From: Alphaproteobacteria bacterium
GTDB lineage: Bacteria; Pseudomonadota; Alphaproteobacteria; Bin95
NCBI GenBank assembly: GCA_963665325.3
Contig: CAXXWS020000004.1
Location: 64,001 to 128,000 of the forward strand
DNA length: 64,000 nucleotides
Reading direction: 5' to 3'
Shown here: positions 1 through 9,186 of the stretch, one piece after another
Layout of the letters: each line of letters opens with the position of its first letter
Numbering within the stretch: position 1 is the first letter of the stretch
The notes under the pieces: generated by a model
The model's database searches: none
What the model saw: only the letters and a program-made list of their open reading frames with translations
Told to the model about the DNA's origin: nothing
Position numbers and translations under genes: made by a program

Positions 1-593
1 CGCTGTTCAATCTGGTCCCGGGCTAGGTCATGAAGATTGACCGGAGCTTCAAGCCCATTCTCCGGAGAAATTTCAGCGGCAGACTGCTGGCCGGGCTCCG
101 CCGGCACAGAGCCATCGCCCGGATCGAACCCCGTTTCGACCAGTCGCGTCACCCGCCGCACGGCGTCGTTCCGCGAAATCTCACAAACGGTCATTATTGC
201 GCCGAGGCTGTAACGCAAGTCCTGCCTGAAGGCATCGCGGCTGAAGTTTTTTCCTAGCCAGCCAACCGGCCTCAAGATGCCGCCATCCGACCCCGGCCGA
301 TATGGCCCAGTAAACCGTCCGATTGCGATAGCCGAACTCGTTTTCAGCGGACAAACAATCAGATCGCCGGTCGCAGCGACATTCACGAATTGATTGATTT
401 GGCTGGCAAAATTGCGCCGCTTCGCTGGCTTGGCTTCCGGGTGAAGCTCCTCCAGCAGAGACAAGAGCTTCTCCCGGTCCAAGCCCTCAATATCCTGCCC
501 AACACCGAATCCGATGCGCAGCAAACCATCTTCCAGTGCCTGCTGTTCGTTTTCGCCGTTCCTTCCCAAACGAACCAGCCAGAGTCGTGTCAT
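1..593 (-). CDS. Mrr-like (type IV) restriction endonuclease, N-terminal part; runs off the left edge
   Basis: Translated by hand (absent from the ORF track because there is no stop in the window): MTRLWLVRLGRNGENEQQALEDG...SQINQFV...GDLIVCP...RPVGWL...FRQDLRYSLGAIMTVCEI...DLARDQIEQR. This matches the N-terminal pattern of Mrr-family 'restriction system proteins'. The catalytic domain would lie outside the window. Confidence 0.7.
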   Translation of the reverse strand, partial: MTRLWLVRLGRNGENEQQALEDGLLRIGFGVGQDIEGLDREKLLSLLEELHPEAKPAKRRNFASQINQFVNVAATGDLIVCPLKTSSAIAIGRFTGPYRPGSDGGILRPVGWLGKNFSRDAFRQDLRYSLGAIMTVCEISRNDAVRRVTRLVETGFDPGDGSVPAEPGQQSAAEISPENGLEAPVNLHDLARDQIEQ

Positions 594-603
594 GCCTGAC
601 TCC

Positions 604-1362
604 CTATTTCGCGCAGAAGCCGCCGTCCACGACGAGTTCGGTGCCGTTGACGAAGCTGGAGTCCTCGGAAGCGAGGAACAGCACGCACTGCGCGACCTCC
701 TCCGGCTGGCCGATGCGGCCGAGCGGGATCGCCTCGGCGCGGGCGTCGATGGCGCGCTGGCCGAAGCGTTCGCGGTCAGGGTCGAGGATCGGCGTGTCGA
801 TGGGCCCCGGATGCACCGAGTTCGCCCGAATGTTGTAGCCGCGCCGGCCGCAATGGAGCGCGATGGTCTTCGTGACCATGTGGACACCCGCCTTGGCAGA
901 GCAATAGGCCGCATAGACCGCCACGCCCCGGAGCGCGGCGACCGAGGAGATGTTGACGATAGACCCGCCGCCGCTCGCCGCCATGGCGGGTACCGCCGCA
1001 TGGCAGCCGAGATAGACGCTGTCGAGGCAGACCTCGTGGACCCGGCGCCAGCCCTCCAGCGTCTCCTGCTCGATGGTCGCCTTGGGCGCGATGCCGGCAT
1101 TGTTGACCAGGATGGAGAAGCCGCCATCGGCCCCGGCGGCAGCCGCAACCGCGCGGTCCCAAGCGCCGGCGTCGGTAACATCGTGCGCCAGCACGGTCAT
1201 CGACCCCCCGGCGGCGCCCGCCGTCTCTCCGGCGGCGCCCGCGTCTATATCCGTCGCGACGACATGCGCGCCCTCGCGCGCCAGCAGCAGCGCCGTGGCG
1301 CGCCCGATGCCGGAGCCCGCCCCCGTCACCAGCGCGGTCCTGCCTTCGAGCCGTCCGCCCAT
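604..1362 (-). CDS. short-chain dehydrogenase/reductase (SDR)
   Basis: Motifs [17 protein letters not shown] (YxxxK) and NSVHPG. Start placed at MGGRLEGR, after a GAGGGAG RBS. Confidence 0.93.
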   Translation of the reverse strand: MGGRLEGRTALVTGAGSGIGRATALLLAREGAHVVATDIDAGAAGETAGAAGGSMTVLAHDVTDAGAWDRAVAAAAGADGGFSILVNNAGIAPKATIEQETLEGWRRVHEVCLDSVYLGCHAAVPAMAASGGGSIVNISSVAALRGVAVYAAYCSAKAGVHMVTKTIALHCGRRGYNIRANSVHPGPIDTPILDPDRERFGQRAIDARAEAIPLGRIGQPEEVAQCVLFLASEDSSFVNGTELVVDGGFCAK

Positions 1363-1634
1363 CCCCTGTCTCCCTCTCGCTGAGTCCGCCGCCACTCTAC
1401 CCTTTCGAATCCCCGCCGCGCATCCCCGCGTCGCCGCCGACAGGAACGGTGCGCCCGGATCGCCGGCAAGAATGCCATTCCGCGCCACCAACGCCGCCAC
1501 TTGGTCCCCAATCATCCGGACCGGCGCGAAGATGGCCGTCATTCGAAGGTGAATTGCACGCCTGGCGGTTTCCAGTCACACTCGGCGGGTCGGGAGGGTT
1601 CCATATGGAGACTCCCGGTTTGGAGGGCGAGAGG

Positions 1635-2039
1635 ATGAACGACGACGAACGCCGCAATCTGGCAGTGATTACCGAGGTTTGCGATGCCTTCAACCGGCAC
1701 GATGTGGAGGGCATCCTCCGGCGCTTCGCCGACGATGCGGACTGGCTGCTCTCGCGGGGCATACCGCCGGAGGGCGGTCGCGTGCGGGGCATCGAGGCGA
1801 TCCGCGTCATGCTGCAGCGGCGCTTCCGCACCATTCCCGACATGCACTGGGAGATCGCCAGCCACTGGGTCGCCGGCAACCGGGGCTGCTCGGAGTGGAC
1901 CGTCACCGGCACCGAGAGCAACGGCAACCGGATCGAGTGGCTCGGCATCGACGTGTGGGAGCTGAACGACGACGGGCAGGTCACCACCAAGGACACCTAC
2001 TGGAAATTCGCGGGCGAGGAAGCGCCGGACTCGGATTAG
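1635..2039 (+). CDS. SnoaL-like / NTF2-family protein
   Basis: 134 aa with AFNRHDVEGIL...FADDA...G..AIR...F..IPD pattern. GGAGG-like RBS upstream. Confidence 0.85.
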   Translation: MNDDERRNLAVITEVCDAFNRHDVEGILRRFADDADWLLSRGIPPEGGRVRGIEAIRVMLQRRFRTIPDMHWEIASHWVAGNRGCSEWTVTGTESNGNRIEWLGIDVWELNDDGQVTTKDTYWKFAGEEAPDSD

Positions 2040-2884
2040 GGTCAGGACTCAATTGGCCCACCAGGCGAGAGTTGCGGCGATGAAGACGGCTGACAAGAAT
2101 GTATCGGCGCGTTTGTCGTAGCGGGTTGCGATACGGCGAAAGTCTTTGAGGCAACAGAACATACGATCGATGCGGTTACGGAGCTTGTAGGCTGTGGCGT
2201 CGAAGGAGTGCGGGTTCTTCCGCGTGGACTGGGGCGGTATCACCGGTTCGCAGCCGCGGTCGGTGAGCCAGTTACGGAACTTGCGGGCATCGTAGGCCCT
2301 GTCGGCGATCAATCGCTTTGGTGCGGGGACCTGCTTCAGGAGAGCCCCGACCCCGGCAAGATCGTGGGCCTGGCCGGGCGTAAGGGCGAATGCCACGGGC
2401 CGGCCGGCCTCATCGGTCAGGGCGCGAATCTTGGTCGTCCGTCCGCCGCGAGATCGTCCGATCGCGTGTTCATATTCCCCCCTTTTGCGCCGGCGGCCGA
2501 ACGGTGAGCCTTTACGTGGGTGGAATCGACAGCGGTCGTGCTGATCACGCCACTTGAGCCCGACAGGGCGTAGAACACATCCTCCCACACACCCTGTTTG
2601 CTCCACCGGTTGAACCGATTGTAGATCGTCGTATAGGGGCCATACTCCGCCGGACAATCCCGCCAGCGCGCTCCGGTCTTCAACATGTGGACAATCCCAG
2701 AGATCACCCGGCGGTCATCAACCCGGTGTGCGCCGCGACGACCATGAGGAAGCCAAGGTTCGATCCGTGTCCATTCCTCCTCGCTCAACCAAAACAGCGT
2801 CCGCGCCATTCAAACCTCCATATCGTTTGGAAACTTGAATCACATTCCAGACTCTGTCGGAATCCCCTAATCGAGTACAGACCC
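2039..2884 (-). mobile_element. IS5-family insertion sequence (IS427-like group)
   Basis: Imperfect TIRs GGGTCAGGACTCAATT (2039-2054) and revcomp GGGTCTGTACTCGATT (2869-2884). Flanked by TA on both sides (2037-38, 2885-86). Two overlapping transposase ORFs. Confidence 0.9.
2049..2809 (-). CDS. IS5-family transposase, orfA+orfB joined by a -1 programmed frameshift
   Basis: orfA has DDRRVISGI...GARWRDCP..YGPYTTIYNRF...VDST. orfB has IGRSRGGRTTKI...ADRAYD...RNRIDRMF...RRIATRYDK. Slippery AAAAGGGGGG at 2477-2486 (- strand). Confidence 0.88.
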
Positions 2885-2940
2885 TAGGCACCGGCCCCGC
2901 CGGCTCTCTGCAACAGCCGGCCAGAATCCGCGTTTAGAGG

Positions 2941-2966
2941 GGTGGCTTTCGAGGCCGCCTTTTTTG
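2941..2966 (+). terminator. rho-independent terminator
   Basis: GGTGGCTT-TCG-AGGCCGCC stem followed by a T-run. Probably the SnoaL gene terminator, displaced by the IS5. Confidence 0.65.
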
Positions 2967-3026
2967 CATGGGGGAGTGGGACCCTGTGCGGGCCGGACAA
3001 CCTGCTGCCGCCCGTCGCGTCGCCCT

Positions 3027-3052
3027 CTTGAATCCACGCCGCGCCTCCCCAT
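3027..3052 (+). promoter_or_regulatory. RpoH (sigma32) heat-shock promoter
   Basis: CTTGAA-N14-CCCCAT, a match to the sigma32 consensus, about 110 nt upstream of an Hsp20 gene. Confidence 0.85.
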
Positions 3053-3138
3053 CTGGAGGTTGTCCGAGGCTCGCCGGGTAACGGGGGCGGAGGACGGCGG
3101 GTCCGGCCGGTGAGCGGCGGGCCCTCGAAACATCGACA

Positions 3139-3157
3139 ATCGCTTCTCAAGGAGGAT
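3139..3157 (+). promoter_or_regulatory. ROSE-like RNA thermometer hairpin occluding the Shine-Dalgarno
   Basis: ATC-G-CTTC-TCAA-GGAGGAT: a UCGCU motif with a bulged G pairing against AGGAGG, directly upstream of an sHSP start. Confidence 0.65.
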
Positions 3158-3162
3158 GACCG

Positions 3163-3612
3163 ATGACGGCATTCGATTTCTCCCCTCTCCTGCGGTCCAC
3201 CATCGGCTTCGAACGGCTGATGAAGAACTTCGACCGCGTCATGAACGCCGACGCGACGGCGGAGCACTATCCGCCCTGCAACATCGTCAAGACCGGCGAG
3301 CACACCTACCGCATCGAGATGGCGGTGGCCGGCTTCGGCGAGGAGGACCTCGCGATCGAGGCGAAGGGCGACGAGCTCGTGATCGCCGGCAAGGTCCGCA
3401 ACCAGGGCGACGACCGTGTCTTCCTGCATCGCGGCATCGCGACCCGGCAGTTCCGGCGCACCTTCCGCCTCGCCGAGCATGTGAAGGCGGCCGGCGCGAA
3501 GCTCGAGAACGGCATGCTCGCCGTCGAGCTGGTGAGCGAGGTGCCCGAGGCGCTGAAGCCCCGCCGGATCGAGATCGGCTCCGGCGCCCCGCAGACGCTC
3601 GAAGCGGCCTGA
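3163..3612 (+). CDS. ibpA: small heat-shock protein, Hsp20/IbpA family
   Basis: DFSPLLRSTIGFERL, YPPCNI, FLHRGIA.RQF.R.F.LAEHV....A.LENGML. Confidence 0.95.
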   Translation: MTAFDFSPLLRSTIGFERLMKNFDRVMNADATAEHYPPCNIVKTGEHTYRIEMAVAGFGEEDLAIEAKGDELVIAGKVRNQGDDRVFLHRGIATRQFRRTFRLAEHVKAAGAKLENGMLAVELVSEVPEALKPRRIEIGSGAPQTLEAA

Positions 3613-3648
3613 GCGCTCGCACACCTCTCTCAACTTTCACGCAACCGG

Positions 3649-3682
3649 ACGCCGGGCTCTCCAAGGGCCCGGCGTTTCGTTT
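3649..3682 (+). terminator. rho-independent terminator after ibpA
   Basis: ACGCCGGGCTCT-CCAA-GGGCCCGGCGT stem followed by TTCGTTT. Confidence 0.7.
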
Positions 3683-3747
3683 GAGGCTCCGGCATGCGTG
3701 GTGCAAACCGCTACCGCTCTGCCCGACGCTCGGCTAGATTGGTGCGC

Positions 3748-4581
3748 ATGACACTCGCTATTCAACCGCTTTCCGACGTTCTGGCCGCCGAGGTCCGGGG
3801 CGTCGATCTGCGTGAGCCGCTCGACGATGGCGACCGGGCCACGCTGCACGAGGCGTTCCTCGAACGCCATATCCTGTGCTTCCGCGACCAGAAGCTCGAC
3901 AAGCCGGCGCAATTGGCGGCAACACTGCAGTTCGGCCCGCTCGACGTGCATATCCAGCGCAACAAGGGCGATGACATCTCGCTCGTCCACACGGTCTCGA
4001 ACCTCGACGCCGACGGAAACCCGAAACCCGAGGCGGCGGCGAAGGGAAGCCTGCGCTGGCACTCCGACAAGTCCTACCGGACGGTGCCGTCCTGTTCGAC
4101 ATTCCTCTATGGCGTACAGGTGCCGGCCCGGGGCGGGCGCACCGAGTTCGCCAACATGCACCGCGCCTTCAAGGCCTATTCGCCCGAGCGGCAGGAAGCC
4201 TTCCGGGGTATGAAGGTGGTGCATGACTGGGTGCGCTCCTGTCAGAAGTCCGGCGAGCGCGAGGCAAGTGCGGAAGAAGCGGCGGTCTATCCTCCAGTCG
4301 CCCACCCGCTGGTGCGCCGCCACCCCGAGAGCGGTTATGAGGCATTCTTCATCGGCAACCATGCCTCGCACATCTTCGGCATGGACCGCGACGAGGGCGA
4401 GGCGCTGCTGGAGGAGATCGAGGCCCACAGTACCGCCGAGCGCTTCGTCTATCGCCACCGGTGGCAGCCGGGCGACCTGCTGATGTGGGACAATCGCTGC
4501 CTGTTGCACCGCGCGGAGGAGCGGGCCGGCGAGGCCCGCGTGCTTCACCGCACCGTCACGCGCGGCACATCGCCCTTCTGA
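3748..4581 (+). CDS. TauD/TfdA-family 2-oxoglutarate/Fe(II) dioxygenase
   Basis: WHSD (HxD), GGRTEFANM, HPLVRRHP, WQPGDLLMWDNRCLLHR...R..HR. Confidence 0.92.
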   Translation: MTLAIQPLSDVLAAEVRGVDLREPLDDGDRATLHEAFLERHILCFRDQKLDKPAQLAATLQFGPLDVHIQRNKGDDISLVHTVSNLDADGNPKPEAAAKGSLRWHSDKSYRTVPSCSTFLYGVQVPARGGRTEFANMHRAFKAYSPERQEAFRGMKVVHDWVRSCQKSGEREASAEEAAVYPPVAHPLVRRHPESGYEAFFIGNHASHIFGMDRDEGEALLEEIEAHSTAERFVYRHRWQPGDLLMWDNRCLLHRAEERAGEARVLHRTVTRGTSPF

Positions 4582-4598
4582 GCGGGAGCGCCGGCCCC

Positions 4599-6254
4599 AT
4601 GGACGCGCCCACGGGCAGCGACTTCGTCCGCAGCCGCATCCGCGCCGACCTAGCGGAGGGTAAGGTTGCGTCCGTCGTCACCCGCTTTCCGCCGGAGCCC
4701 AACGGCTTCCTGCATATCGGCCACGCCAAGTCGATCTGCCTCAATTTCGGCGTGGCGGAGGAATTCGGCGGGCGCTGCAACCTGCGCTTCGACGACACCA
4801 ACCCGGCGAAGGAAGAGCAGGCTTTTATCGACGCCATCCAGGAGGATGTGCGCTGGCTCGGCTTCGAGTGGGCGGGCGACCCGGTCCATGCCTCGGACTA
4901 TTTCGACACGCTCTACGAATGGGCCGAGCACCTGGTCGAAACGGGTCACGCCTATGTCGATGAGCAGTCGGCGGAGGAAATCCGGAAGAGCCGCGGCACC
5001 CTCACGGAGCCCGGCCGGCCGAGCCCCTGGCGGGACCGCCCGGCGGCGGAAAGCCTGGACCTGCTGCGCCGTATGCGGGCCGGCGAATTCGCGCCGGGCA
5101 CCTGCGTGCTCAGAGCTCGCATCGACATGGGCTCCGGCAATATCAACATGCGCGACCCGGTGCTCTACCGCATCCTCGACCACGCCCACCCGCGAACGGG
5201 CGACGCCTGGCGCATCTACCCGACCTACGACTATGCGCACGGCCAGTCGGACGCCATCGAGGGCGTGACGCACTCGCTCTGCACGCTGGAGTTCGCCGAC
5301 CACCGTCCGCTTTACGACTGGCTGCTGGAGCGCGTGCCGGCCGCCTGCCGCCCCCGCCAGTATGAGTTCGCCCGGCTCGACATGACCGGGACGATCCTTT
5401 CCAAGCGAGCGCTCACCCGCCTCGTGCAGGAAGGCCATGTGGCCGGTTGGGACGACCCGCGCATGCCGACCTTGCGCGGGCTCCGCCGACGAGGCGTGCC
5501 CGCAGAGGCGCTCCGCGACTTCGTCTCCCGGCTCGCGATCTCGAAGAGCGCCGGCCGCGTGGAGGCGGCGCTGCTGGACCATTGCGTGCGCGAACAACTG
5601 AACCGCACCGCCGAGCGGCGCATGGCCGTACTGCGGCCGCTTAAGGTCGTGATCGAGAACTACCCCGAGGGCGAAACGGAGTGGCTGGACGCCGCCAACA
5701 ACCCGGGCGACCCGGAAGCAGGCACCCGCAAGCTGCCCTTCTCGCGCGAGCTTTGGATCGAGCGCGACGATTTCATGGAGGACCCGCCGAGGAAGTTCTT
5801 CCGCCTGGCCCCCGGCCGGGAGGTGCGGTTGCGCTACGCCTATTTCCTGACTTGCCTGGAAGCGGTGAAGGACGATCGCGGCGAGGTCGTCGAGCTGCGC
5901 TGCCGCTACGACCCCGAGACGCGCGGCGGCAGCGCGCCGGACGGCCGCAAGGTCAAGGCCACGATTCACTGGGTCTCCGCCGCCCATGCCGAGCGCGCGC
6001 CGGTCCGGCTCTACAGCCCGCTCTTCGCCTGCGACGAGCCCGCCGGCCTCGAAGACGTCGCCCCGGACTCGCTGGAGGTCCTTGAGGACTGCCGCCTCGA
6101 ACCCGGCCTGGCGGGGGTGGAACCCGGCAGGCCGGTGCAGTTCGAGCGCCTCGGCTACTTCGCAGCCGACCCCGAGGGCGGCTTCAACCGAACGATCGGT
6201 CTCCGCGACGACTGGGCCCGAATCAGGGCCCGGGAGACTAAGACAGCTCCTTGA
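4599..6254 (+). CDS. glnS: glutamine--tRNA ligase
   Basis: TRFPPEPNGFLHIGHAKSICLNF, RFDDTNP, YPTYDYAHGQSD, THSLCTLEF, ILSKR, GWDDPRMPT, and the anticodon-domain motifs TIHWVS and QFERLGYF. Confidence 0.96.
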   Translation: MDAPTGSDFVRSRIRADLAEGKVASVVTRFPPEPNGFLHIGHAKSICLNFGVAEEFGGRCNLRFDDTNPAKEEQAFIDAIQEDVRWLGFEWAGDPVHASDYFDTLYEWAEHLVETGHAYVDEQSAEEIRKSRGTLTEPGRPSPWRDRPAAESLDLLRRMRAGEFAPGTCVLRARIDMGSGNINMRDPVLYRILDHAHPRTGDAWRIYPTYDYAHGQSDAIEGVTHSLCTLEFADHRPLYDWLLERVPAACRPRQYEFARLDMTGTILSKRALTRLVQEGHVAGWDDPRMPTLRGLRRRGVPAEALRDFVSRLAISKSAGRVEAALLDHCVREQLNRTAERRMAVLRPLKVVIENYPEGETEWLDAANNPGDPEAGTRKLPFSRELWIERDDFMEDPPRKFFRLAPGREVRLRYAYFLTCLEAVKDDRGEVVELRCRYDPETRGGSAPDGRKVKATIHWVSAAHAERAPVRLYSPLFACDEPAGLEDVAPDSLEVLEDCRLEPGLAGVEPGRPVQFERLGYFAADPEGGFNRTIGLRDDWARIRARETKTAP

Positions 6255-7521
6255 GCGACTCGCGGGCGGCGTCGAGGGTGTGCGCGATGTCGTCGTCGCT
6301 ATGGACCACGGAGAGGTAGAATTTGCTCTGCCCCTTGAATATGCCGCGCGCGCGCAGCCCCGCGTTGAAGGCATTGGTCTTGGCCGCATCGGCGCGCATG
6401 GTGGCGCGATAGTCCGCAACCTCGCCGCCGGCGAAGATGACGTCGAACATGGGCGGCGAGCCCAGAACCTGCCCTTCGTGTCCACTCTCACGCAGCAGCG
6501 TCTCCAGCCCGTCGATCAGGGCCTCGCCGATCTGCTCGTGACGCTCGTAGACGCCGGGCCGGCCCAGCACCTCCAGCGTCTTCAACCCGGCGACTGCGGC
6601 GACCGGATTGCCGCTCAGTGTGCCGATCTGCTGCGCGAAACGGTCGCCGTCCACGCGCCCGGCGTCGAAATGCGCCATGATGTCATCGCGACCCGCAATG
6701 GCAGCCAGCGGATAGCCGCCGCCCACTACCTTGCCGAGCGAGCACATGTCGGGCGTCACGCCGTAACGCTCCTGCGCGCCGCCGCGCGCGAAGCGGAAGC
6801 CGGTCACGACCTCGTCGAAGATCAGCACCACGCCGGTCTCCTCCGTAACCTCGCGCAAGGCTTCAAGGAAGCCGGGCTTAGGCGGGATCAGGCGCTGGAA
6901 CGGCTCGGCGATGACGGCCGCCAGTTCGTCGGCATGGTCGCGGATGAGCTGCACCGCCGTTTCGGTGTCGTTGTAAGGCGCGATCAGCACTTCGTCGCGG
7001 ACGCCCGCGGGAATGCCGGCGCTGTCCGGCGCAGCCTGCGGGAAATTGCCGGGCCGCTTCGGCGCCATCGACATGAGCGCATAGTCGTTCATGCCGTGGA
7101 AGCCACCCTCGAACTTCAGGATCTTGTCGCGGCCGCGGAAGGCGCGGGCGATGCGCATGGCGTAGAAGGTGGCCTCGCTGCCGCTGGAGACGAAGCGCAC
7201 CTTCTCCGCGCAGGCGACGCGCTCCGTCACGGCCTCGGCAAGCCGGATGCCGTGCTCGTTGTTGGCGAAGAAGGTCGTGCCGCGACCTACCTGTTCGATC
7301 ACCGCCTCGACCACTTCGGGATGGCAATGTCCCGCCAGCATCGGCCCGGAGCCGAGCAGGTAGTCGACATATTCATTGCCCGAGACGTCCCAGACATGGC
7401 TGCCCTGCCCGGAGCGGATGACGATCTCGAATGGCACATTGCCGAAACTGCCGGCCGGCAGCACGCGGCGCGCGGTCTCGCGCAGTGCGGTTTCCTCGGC
7501 GGTAAGCACGGGTTCAGCCAT
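6238..7521 (-). CDS. class-III PLP aminotransferase (glutamate-1-semialdehyde aminomutase-like)
   Basis: WDVSGNEYVDY, SGSEAT, FEGGFHG, LIFDEVVTGFR, LGKVVGGG, GTLSGNP. Convergent 17-nt overlap with glnS. Confidence 0.9.
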   Translation of the reverse strand: MAEPVLTAEETALRETARRVLPAGSFGNVPFEIVIRSGQGSHVWDVSGNEYVDYLLGSGPMLAGHCHPEVVEAVIEQVGRGTTFFANNEHGIRLAEAVTERVACAEKVRFVSSGSEATFYAMRIARAFRGRDKILKFEGGFHGMNDYALMSMAPKRPGNFPQAAPDSAGIPAGVRDEVLIAPYNDTETAVQLIRDHADELAAVIAEPFQRLIPPKPGFLEALREVTEETGVVLIFDEVVTGFRFARGGAQERYGVTPDMCSLGKVVGGGYPLAAIAGRDDIMAHFDAGRVDGDRFAQQIGTLSGNPVAAVAGLKTLEVLGRPGVYERHEQIGEALIDGLETLLRESGHEGQVLGSPPMFDVIFAGGEVADYRATMRADAAKTNAFNAGLRARGIFKGQSKFYLSVVHSDDDIAHTLDAARESLKELS

Positions 7522-8128
7522 TGCGCTTCCTCTCGATTGCTGCCCGGACCAGCTCCAGGCGGTCATTGCCGAAATACATGTCGTCGCCGTCGAGGAAGAA
7601 AGTCGGCGAGCCGTAACCGCCCCGCTCGATCAGCTCGTCCGTCGTGTCGAACAGCTTCTGCTTGACCCCCGGGTCGGCGATGGCGGCGAAGAAGCGCTGC
7701 TTGTCGAGGCCTGCCGCCTCGACGACCTCGGCCAGCACGTCCTCCTGGCCTATATCCCGGTCGTCGCGCCAATAGGCCTCGAAGCAGCCGCGCGCGAAGG
7801 CGGACACCTTGCCCTCGTCGATGGCGTGGAAGCAGCCGCGCATGGCCTTCACCGAGTTGACGGGGAAGACCGAGGGCTTGCCGATGACGATGCCCTCGTA
7901 GCGGGCCCAATCGTCCATGTCCTTGCGGTAGTAGGCGTCCTTCGGCGGGACGGGATTCTCGCGGCGCTGATAGACGCTCGGGTTCACCTTGTTGAAGACG
8001 CCGCCCACCAGGAACGGCTTCCAGACCAGGTTCGCGTCCAACTCGTCGCAGAAATCCTCGACGCGGTGGAAGGCGAGATAGGTCCACGGGCTGGAGACGT
8101 CGAAGAAGAACTCTAGGGTGTTGCTCAT
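7514..8128 (-). CDS. 2-hydroxychromene-2-carboxylate isomerase / GST-kappa (DsbA-like) family protein
   Basis: FFFDVSSPWTY...G.YGSPTF...YFGNDRL. Confidence 0.9.
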   Translation of the reverse strand: MSNTLEFFFDVSSPWTYLAFHRVEDFCDELDANLVWKPFLVGGVFNKVNPSVYQRRENPVPPKDAYYRKDMDDWARYEGIVIGKPSVFPVNSVKAMRGCFHAIDEGKVSAFARGCFEAYWRDDRDIGQEDVLAEVVEAAGLDKQRFFAAIADPGVKQKLFDTTDELIERGGYGSPTFFLDGDDMYFGNDRLELVRAAIERKRNG

Positions 8129-8143
8129 GGTCTCGCGGGACTC

Positions 8144-8911
8144 CTAGCGGGAGACGGCGCCGCCGTCGATGGTGACGACGGTGCCCGAAATGTGCTTGGC
8201 GCGCTCCGAGGCGAGGAAAACGACGAGGTCGGCGCAGTCCTCCGATTCGCCCGGCGGCGGGTTGGTCGGCATGCATTCCTGCCAGCGTTCCTCGTCACCC
8301 AATTGGTCGAGCGCCTGGGCACGCATGATTGTGGTGAGGCGCTCTGTCAGGATCGGGCCTGGATTGACGCCGACGATGCGGAAGCCGTCATCGGGGCTCT
8401 TGCCGCCAAGCGCGCGGGTGAACGCGATGAGGCCTGCATTGCCGCCGGCGCCCGCGATATAGCCGGCCGACGGACGCTCGCCGCCTGTGCCCACGACATT
8501 GACGATCACGCCCGCGCCCTTCGCCGCAAAGACCGGATAGAGCTCCCGGCACATGTTGATATAGCCGAAGACCTTGAGGTCCCACGCCTCGCGCCAGCGC
8601 TCTTCGTCGATCGCGTGGATCGGCCCGCCGGGAATCGCGCCCGCATTGTTGACGACGATGTCCAAGCCTTCGCCGGTCTCGGCGACCAGGCGTTTGACAT
8701 TGCCGCCGTCGGAAAGGTCGAGCGGATGGATCGTCACCGCGACATTATGCCGGCCGCGGATGGCCTCGCGCGCGCGTTCGAGATCGGCCTTCGTGCGGGC
8801 CACCAGGTGCAGGTTGCAGCCCTCCTCTGCGAAGAGTTCGGCGCAGGCAAGCCCGATGCCTTTCGAGGCGCCGGTAATGAGCACGGTTTTCCCGGCCAGT
8901 CGCAGGTCCAT
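8144..8911 (-). CDS. SDR-family oxidoreductase
   Basis: MDLRLAGKTVLITGASKGIG, VVNNAG, WDLKVFGY, VNPGP. Confidence 0.9.
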   Translation of the reverse strand: MDLRLAGKTVLITGASKGIGLACAELFAEEGCNLHLVARTKADLERAREAIRGRHNVAVTIHPLDLSDGGNVKRLVAETGEGLDIVVNNAGAIPGGPIHAIDEERWREAWDLKVFGYINMCRELYPVFAAKGAGVIVNVVGTGGERPSAGYIAGAGGNAGLIAFTRALGGKSPDDGFRIVGVNPGPILTERLTTIMRAQALDQLGDEERWQECMPTNPPPGESEDCADLVVFLASERAKHISGTVVTIDGGAVSR

Positions 8912-9186
8912 TGGATAGGGTTCCTTTCCCCGGTCATCGTCTTCGGTTCCGGCGAAGGGAACACCGGATAGGCGCGGACGGCAAGGCCGCTCGACCCCGC
9001 TAGACGGCCGACCATTTGTCATACCGTTATGCATAAGTATGATACCGCCAATCGCTGCAACGTGGGCCGGCGGCATGAATTCCGCCCATTTCCGAAACGC
9101 TGCGGCGAAGGCGAGGCGAAACCGTCTGAAATCTGTCGCAATCGACGATTACGTTGTCCTGACGACACTGCAAAGGAGCAGATGCC

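Noticed and set aside
30-599. Plus-strand ORFs 30-257 and 390-599
   Set aside because: They are antisense to the Mrr-like frame, which has a recognisable protein pattern and an RBS.
6238-7521. Calling the aminotransferase hemL
   Set aside because: Family motifs fit, but the N-terminus diverges and the context (HCCA isomerase, SDR) is catabolic. Left as a GSA-like class-III enzyme.
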